DNA from: a virus
Taxonomy: Duplodnaviria > Heunggongvirae > Uroviricota > Caudoviricetes
DNA: 53,102 bases
Virus record (IMG/VR): IMGVR_UViG_3300032330_001391
Coordinates: 1 to 53,102 of that record
Strand: one strand, 5' to 3'
The translations under genes were made by a program, and so were the position numbers. The first letter of the stretch is position 1; each line of letters opens with the position of its first letter. This document shows, one piece after another, positions 48,681 through 53,102 of the stretch. The notes under the pieces were generated by a model. It saw only the letters and a list, made by a program, of their open reading frames with translations. It was not told the DNA's origin and did not search any database.

Positions 48681-49475
48681 TTAACTATCAAGACTAATCT
48701 GGATTTCCGTTGGGAAATATTCAGAATTAGGTTTTATATCTTGATGTTCAAGTTTATATAATTCATGTATGTATCCAAATAGTTTTAAATTTTCTTCTAT
48801 AGATTTTTCAGGTTCATATATTTCCCATCCTTTACCTTGGATATTTTTACCTTTTTTATCTTCACCACGTTTTGATGATTTTAACCAAAGTATACCTACT
48901 CTATCAATTTTTTCTTCATATAATTCATTCCAAGCTTGAGCGTAAGCGGCTAATTGTAAATTATAACTAGTATGTAATGAGTTAGATGTTTTAATATCAA
49001 GTAACCATTTTTCATTATTAATTTCTACAACTAAGTCACAAGTACCAGCATATATAAATTTATCTGAAAAAAGATGTATTTCACTTTCAATTAATGTTGG
49101 TTTATAAGTTGTCCAAAATTCATGAAATTTTAATATCATTTTCCATATATCTAATGAGTATTTAGAATACCCACTTTCATCAAGCCATTCTATTTTTTCT
49201 CCTAATAAATAACGTTCAATAGCATCATGCACTTGTGTACCTTCATCTGCTGCTTTTTTTACAATAATATCAGCATTATGTCCTACATCTTTAAGCCATG
49301 TCTCAAAGAATTTATTTTTAGGAAAATATTGTAAAATACTAGTCACTGATGGGTAGTATTTATCATCTTTAGTATAATATCTTGTATCTAAGATATTTAC
49401 TCTTTTTAATTCTTGGTTAATATTCATAATGCGTTTAACGCTTTTTTTATGAACATTTGTGTTTTTATCTATCAT
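48681..49475 (-). CDS. PD-(D/E)xK exonuclease (Cas4/RecB-like phage exonuclease)
   Basis: YPSVTSIL, GTQVH, ESE, AGTCDL, LLDIKTS and QLAAY motifs. Confidence 0.8.
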   Translation of the reverse strand: MIDKNTNVHKKSVKRIMNINQELKRVNILDTRYYTKDDKYYPSVTSILQYFPKNKFFETWLKDVGHNADIIVKKAADEGTQVHDAIERYLLGEKIEWLDESGYSKYSLDIWKMILKFHEFWTTYKPTLIESEIHLFSDKFIYAGTCDLVVEINNEKWLLDIKTSNSLHTSYNLQLAAYAQAWNELYEEKIDRVGILWLKSSKRGEDKKGKNIQGKGWEIYEPEKSIEENLKLFGYIHELYKLEHQDIKPNSEYFPTEIQISLDS

Positions 49476-50398
49476 AATGTAAGTTTTTTATATAATAAGT
49501 CTGAGAATGTTAATGGTTCTGTATCTTGTATTATGTGGGTGAAATTTTTAAATCCCATGTCTGATGGGTCTTTATCTTGCATGTTTACTAAATATACTTC
49601 TTTACCTTCATTCATAAGCTGTTGACAAAATTCTAATGCCTTTTTTTGAGCATCTTTATCTAAAGCTATATAAATTTTCTTAACAGAAGACATAACAATA
49701 CGCTTCATAAGACTAGACTGTATATTTTTACCTAACAGCGGTATAACATTACGTTTTATAGCTATAGCGTCAAATGGCCCTTCACATAATATTAATGGTA
49801 AATCCCAATTTATAAAAAATTCAAAAGGTATAATATTACGAGATGAATTAGGATTTTTATATTTTATTGGATTTTCTTTTTCAAAACTACGAGCAGTAAA
49901 ATAGTTTAATATACCATTTTCATCATATGAAGGTACAATTATACGATTAGCATAAGTTCCAGCTTCACAATATCCTAAATTATATTTAATTATGTCATCT
50001 TCTGTTATACCTCGTTTTTTAAGATATGTTAAAGCATGTTTAGCTATTACTGAATTAGTAATGTTTGTTAGTGGTATAAATTCTTTAGGCAGATGTACTT
50101 TATCTGTTACAGTAGATATACTATCTTGAGTATTTACTTTTATGTATGGTTTTAATTCTGCTATTTTTTCTTTAGGTGTATCTATAGCTTTAAGCAATTG
50201 AATTAATTTTTTACCACGTTTATCACAAGCCCAACAGTGCCATTGATTAATACCTTCACTATTTTCTGTGAAATTTATTTCAAGTTTAGGTTTATGATGT
50301 TTACAAAAAGGGCAATGATAAGCATAGTTACCTTTAGATGTAGATTTACCACTACCTAAAATAGAATTGATTATTGCAATTAAAGCTTGATTTACCAT
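49472..50398 (-). CDS. DNA primase (Zn finger plus TOPRIM)
   Basis: CPFC..H..CWAC, YLKKRG, RIIVP, ARSF, CEGPFDA and ALDKDA motifs. Confidence 0.85.
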   Translation of the reverse strand: MVNQALIAIINSILGSGKSTSKGNYAYHCPFCKHHKPKLEINFTENSEGINQWHCWACDKRGKKLIQLLKAIDTPKEKIAELKPYIKVNTQDSISTVTDKVHLPKEFIPLTNITNSVIAKHALTYLKKRGITEDDIIKYNLGYCEAGTYANRIIVPSYDENGILNYFTARSFEKENPIKYKNPNSSRNIIPFEFFINWDLPLILCEGPFDAIAIKRNVIPLLGKNIQSSLMKRIVMSSVKKIYIALDKDAQKKALEFCQQLMNEGKEVYLVNMQDKDPSDMGFKNFTHIIQDTEPLTFSDLLYKKLTL

Positions 50399-50405
50399 AT
50401 AACCT

Positions 50406-50437
50406 ATAATATACCATCTTAAAATTAGATAGCCAAA
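50406..50437 (-). promoter_or_regulatory. Bacteroidota-type promoter upstream of primase
   Basis: TTTG-N20-TATATTAT. Confidence 0.55.
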
Positions 50438-50874
50438 TCTTTTGGAAAAAATTTTCCTAGTATATTACTATTTACCCATATCTTATCATCAGCTAATACA
50501 TCGTATTCAAATAGATATTTTGTTTCATAGTAGGTTAACTCTTTTGAGGACAAGCATAGACGTAACACTACACGTTGTAATTTTTCAGGTGGTATAGATT
50601 TAGCCCATTGTTTAACTTCATCAGCTGAGCCGTAATATGTCTTCCAATCTGATTCTTTTATTATTTTTTTCTTAGATGGAATACGGCCACGTTGAGTAGG
50701 TAAGGATGCTAATTCTTTCTTACCTAGTTTTTTATTTGTTGTATGTTTAAATATTTTTTTACCAATATATTGACGACCATTTTCTAGATTAGTTGTCATA
50801 TAAACGTAACCATAATATTCATCTATATTAAATGTAGGATCGTTGATTAAATCATCAACTAATAGTGGTTTCAT
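50425..50874 (-). CDS. GIY-YIG family (Seg-like) nuclease
   Basis: GYVYMTTNLENGRQYIGKK, YYGS, ELTYYE and NSNI motifs. Confidence 0.7.
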   Translation of the reverse strand: MKPLLVDDLINDPTFNIDEYYGYVYMTTNLENGRQYIGKKIFKHTTNKKLGKKELASLPTQRGRIPSKKKIIKESDWKTYYGSADEVKQWAKSIPPEKLQRVVLRLCLSSKELTYYETKYLFEYDVLADDKIWVNSNILGKFFPKDLAI

Positions 50875-50887
50875 AACTTGTGATATA

Positions 50888-51397
50888 TTACATATAAATA
50901 TTACCTTCAACACCCGGTGCCATTTGTCTAATTTCTTCTTCGGTATGTGATTTGGAAAGTGGAGTATTACTTAAAGAAAGATAATCTTTAACTTCTAAAT
51001 TAGGAGGTAATGATGCGATTAGAGTATCACTTAAATGAAGACTCCATCCAACTTTTAAATCAGGAGGTAATGATGTAATTGGGGCACCAATTAAATAAAG
51101 ATCACCTCCAACATTTAAACCAGGAGGTAATGATTTAATTGGGGTACCACGTAAATCAAGATTACCTCCAACTTCTAAATCAGAAGGTAATGACATAATT
51201 AGAGTATCACGTAAATCAAGATTACCTCCAACTTTTAAACCAGGAGGTAATGATTTAATTGGAGTATCCATTAAATTAAGATCACCTGTTCCTCCATTTC
51301 TTATGTAATCTCTTGCTTGTTGATTGGCTAGTTGGAGTGGAGTTAATTTAGGTGGGTTAACTCTCATTTCTTTCAGTATGTCAAGTAATTTTATCAT
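50888..51397 (-). CDS. LRR protein 1 (five full 20-aa repeats plus cap)
   Basis: MIKLLDILKEMRVNPP leader; 60-bp period; start follows TATTTATA. Confidence 0.85.
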   Translation of the reverse strand: MIKLLDILKEMRVNPPKLTPLQLANQQARDYIRNGGTGDLNLMDTPIKSLPPGLKVGGNLDLRDTLIMSLPSDLEVGGNLDLRGTPIKSLPPGLNVGGDLYLIGAPITSLPPDLKVGWSLHLSDTLIASLPPNLEVKDYLSLSNTPLSKSHTEEEIRQMAPGVEGNIYM

Positions 51398-51398
51398 G

Positions 51399-51905
51399 TT
51401 ATATAAATATTGCACTTTTGATACCTGGTGACATTAATCTAATTTGGTCTTCTGTATGTGATTTAGCAAGTGGGGTATTATATAAAAAAAGACTACCCCA
51501 AACTTCTAAATCAGGAGGTAATGATGTGATTAGTGTATTGTGTAAATTAAGATAACTTCCAACTTTTAAGCCAGATGGTAATGATGTGATTGGAGCATTA
51601 ATTAAAGAAAGACTACCTTCAATTTCTAAATTAGGAGGCAATGATGTAATAGGAGTATTATCTAAAGAAAGGCTACCTTCAACTTTTAAATCAGGAGGTA
51701 ATGATGTGATTAAAGTATCATCTAGACTAAGTTTACCTCCAACCTTTAAGCCAGAAGGTAATGATTTAATTGGAGTATATGCTAAACCAAGATCACCTAT
51801 TCCTCCATTCCTTATGTAATCTCTTATTCTATTCTGAGCTGATTGGAGTGGAGTTAATTTCATATTAACTCTCATTTCATTCAATATATTTATTAGTTTT
51901 ATCAT
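51399..51905 (-). CDS. LRR protein 2 (five full 20-aa repeats plus cap)
   Basis: MIKLINILNEMRVNM leader; repeat xLxLxxTxIxSLPxxLxVxG. Confidence 0.85.
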   Translation of the reverse strand: MIKLINILNEMRVNMKLTPLQSAQNRIRDYIRNGGIGDLGLAYTPIKSLPSGLKVGGKLSLDDTLITSLPPDLKVEGSLSLDNTPITSLPPNLEIEGSLSLINAPITSLPSGLKVGSYLNLHNTLITSLPPDLEVWGSLFLYNTPLAKSHTEDQIRLMSPGIKSAIFI

Positions 51906-51906
51906 A

Positions 51907-52353
51907 TTATATAAAAATTTCACCTTCAACTCTAGGTATCATTTGTTTAATTTGTTCTAGGGTGTGTGATTTAGAAAGTGGAGTATTACTTAAACTAAGA
52001 TAACCTTTAACCTTTAAATCAGAGGGTAATGATGTGATTAAAGTATCACTTAAATTAAGATTACCCCCAACTTTTAAACCAGGAGGTAATGATGTAATTG
52101 GAGTATAATATAAATAGATATGACCTCCAACTTTTAGATTAGGAGGTAATGATTTAATTGGTGTATTTTCTAAATCAAGATTACCTCCAACCTTTAAGCC
52201 AGAAGGTAATGATCTAATTGGTGTATTTTCTAAATCAAGATTACCTACTTCCCCATTTTTTATGTAATCTCTTATTCTATTTTGAGCTAATTGAAGTGGA
52301 GTTAATTGTGTATTAACTTTCATTTCTTTTAATATGTCGAGTAGTTTTATCAT
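51907..52353 (-). CDS. LRR protein 3 (four full 20-aa repeats plus cap)
   Basis: MIKLLDILKEMKVNT leader; same repeat and caps. Confidence 0.85.
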   Translation of the reverse strand: MIKLLDILKEMKVNTQLTPLQLAQNRIRDYIKNGEVGNLDLENTPIRSLPSGLKVGGNLDLENTPIKSLPPNLKVGGHIYLYYTPITSLPPGLKVGGNLNLSDTLITSLPSDLKVKGYLSLSNTPLSKSHTLEQIKQMIPRVEGEIFI

Positions 52354-52354
52354 A

Positions 52355-53102
52355 TTACATATCTATATTTACTAGTATTGTAGTATCTGTAGTAGCACTA
52401 GTAGGTAATGGTTGGGATAATTTACCTACAGCAAGTAAATTTTGCATTTCATCATATAAACCTACTGTTGTTACATATGGTGACCACTGTGAACTTGTTG
52501 TATAAGAATATAATGATCCGCTTGTATTTGACTGGAGTGTAGGATTTAATGTATAATTAAATTCATTTTCTCTGAATGTACATTTATATTGAGTTTCATA
52601 TATAGTGTAAGATGAAGAGAATGAGCATGTAATATCAGTAGCATAATATATCTGCCAATAATCTGAAGGAGGGTTAGGTATAATAATCATACCATGTGGG
52701 TAAAATATATTTCCTATTATAGTACTGCCTGATCTTATATTACCTTCACCGTCGTCTGTAAACAAAAGTATTGTACTTCGATCATCATCATAATATCTAA
52801 GACAAAATGAATTAGGTTGAATATAATCACCAAATAAACGTGAGGGAATAGATATTACATTTATGCTAGCATCAGAATACGTTGGAAAACTCTTAGCAAA
52901 TGTTAATGTGGTTTGTAGATAATTATCATACATACCTGGTGATGGAGTAGTACCTACTAAAATATTTCCTTCAGTATTAGCACCAGGTATTAAACTAGAT
53001 GAGTTAGCTGGATCTCCGTAACTAGAACTTAGATAATTTGAGTAATATAGTTGCTGTATAGAATCATATACTAATTCTCGATCATAGGTAGTTATATATC
53101 CT
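52355..53102 (-). CDS. Probable virion structural protein, partial (5' end beyond window end)
   Basis: The frame of ORF 52355-52933 has no stop up to 53102 (..YDSIQQLYYSNY..); PYVTTVGLYD..LLAVGKLSQP C-terminus. Confidence 0.65.
   Translation of the reverse strand, partial: GYITTYDRELVYDSIQQLYYSNYLSSSYGDPANSSSLIPGANTEGNILVGTTPSPGMYDNYLQTTLTFAKSFPTYSDASINVISIPSRLFGDYIQPNSFCLRYYDDDRSTILLFTDDGEGNIRSGSTIIGNIFYPHGMIIIPNPPSDYWQIYYATDITCSFSSSYTIYETQYKCTFRENEFNYTLNPTLQSNTSGSLYSYTTSSQWSPYVTTVGLYDEMQNLLAVGKLSQPLPTSATTDTTILVNIDM

Noticed and set aside
48681-49475. Cas4 as evidence of a CRISPR system
   Set aside because: A standalone PD-(D/E)xK exonuclease beside primase is a normal phage replication/recombination gene; no array or other cas genes are present.
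3079-51819. All plus-strand ORFs in the track (e.g. 3079, 9211, 12642, 42469, 43382, 47033, 51586)
   Set aside because: They are antisense shadows of longer, motif-bearing minus-strand genes; their composition (Ser/Ile/Phe/Leu-rich) mirrors codon bias, and they have no regulatory signals.
50888-52353. Diversity-generating retroelement acting on the LRR repeats
   Set aside because: No reverse transcriptase in the window, and differences between repeats are not confined to adenines (e.g. GAT/TAT, CTT/ATC). An RT elsewhere in the genome cannot be excluded.
1-53102. Stop-codon reassignment as in Lak or some crAss-like phages
   Set aside because: Core genes are full length under code 11 and pack with minimal gaps; the stops I checked were TAA or TGA.
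1-53102. tRNA or rRNA genes
   Set aside because: No cloverleaf or T-loop GGTTCGA-type signature noticed, and intergenic gaps are mostly too short; tRNAscan-SE was not run.

Overview
AT-rich, gene-dense window from a large tailed dsDNA phage with a T4-like head module. All credible genes lie on the minus strand. Eight copies of a TTTG-N20-TATATT(T/A/G)(A/T) promoter resembling the Bacteroidota -33/-7 consensus, plus A-rich leaders lacking Shine-Dalgarno sites, point to a Bacteroidota host. Left to right: a >1340-aa fibre ORF missing from the ORF track (starts at 4031, runs off the window), a second fibre-like protein, gp15/14/13-like neck/tail-completion genes, PhoH, a minimal kinase-fold protein, major capsid, scaffold, prohead protease, portal and large terminase. 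A 30-kb accessory region follows (FAD oxidoreductase, two nucleotidyltransferase-fold proteins, MoxR/vWA-peptidase trio, ART-like domains, exonucleases, primase, GIY-YIG protein, three tandem LRR genes). The main unexplained structure is a recurring peptide grammar. About 15 copies of (I/L/V)-x-E-M-(R/K/Q)-(V/I)-(N/K)-x-P separate unrelated, mostly acidic domains inside polyproteins. They sit behind three recurring leader types, one of which copies the C-terminal RMQKLAGI of the scaffold. I infer a capsid-addressed, protease-released cargo arsenal that includes a VLR-like set of variable 20-aa LRR proteins. All functional calls come from motif recognition by eye; no searches were run.
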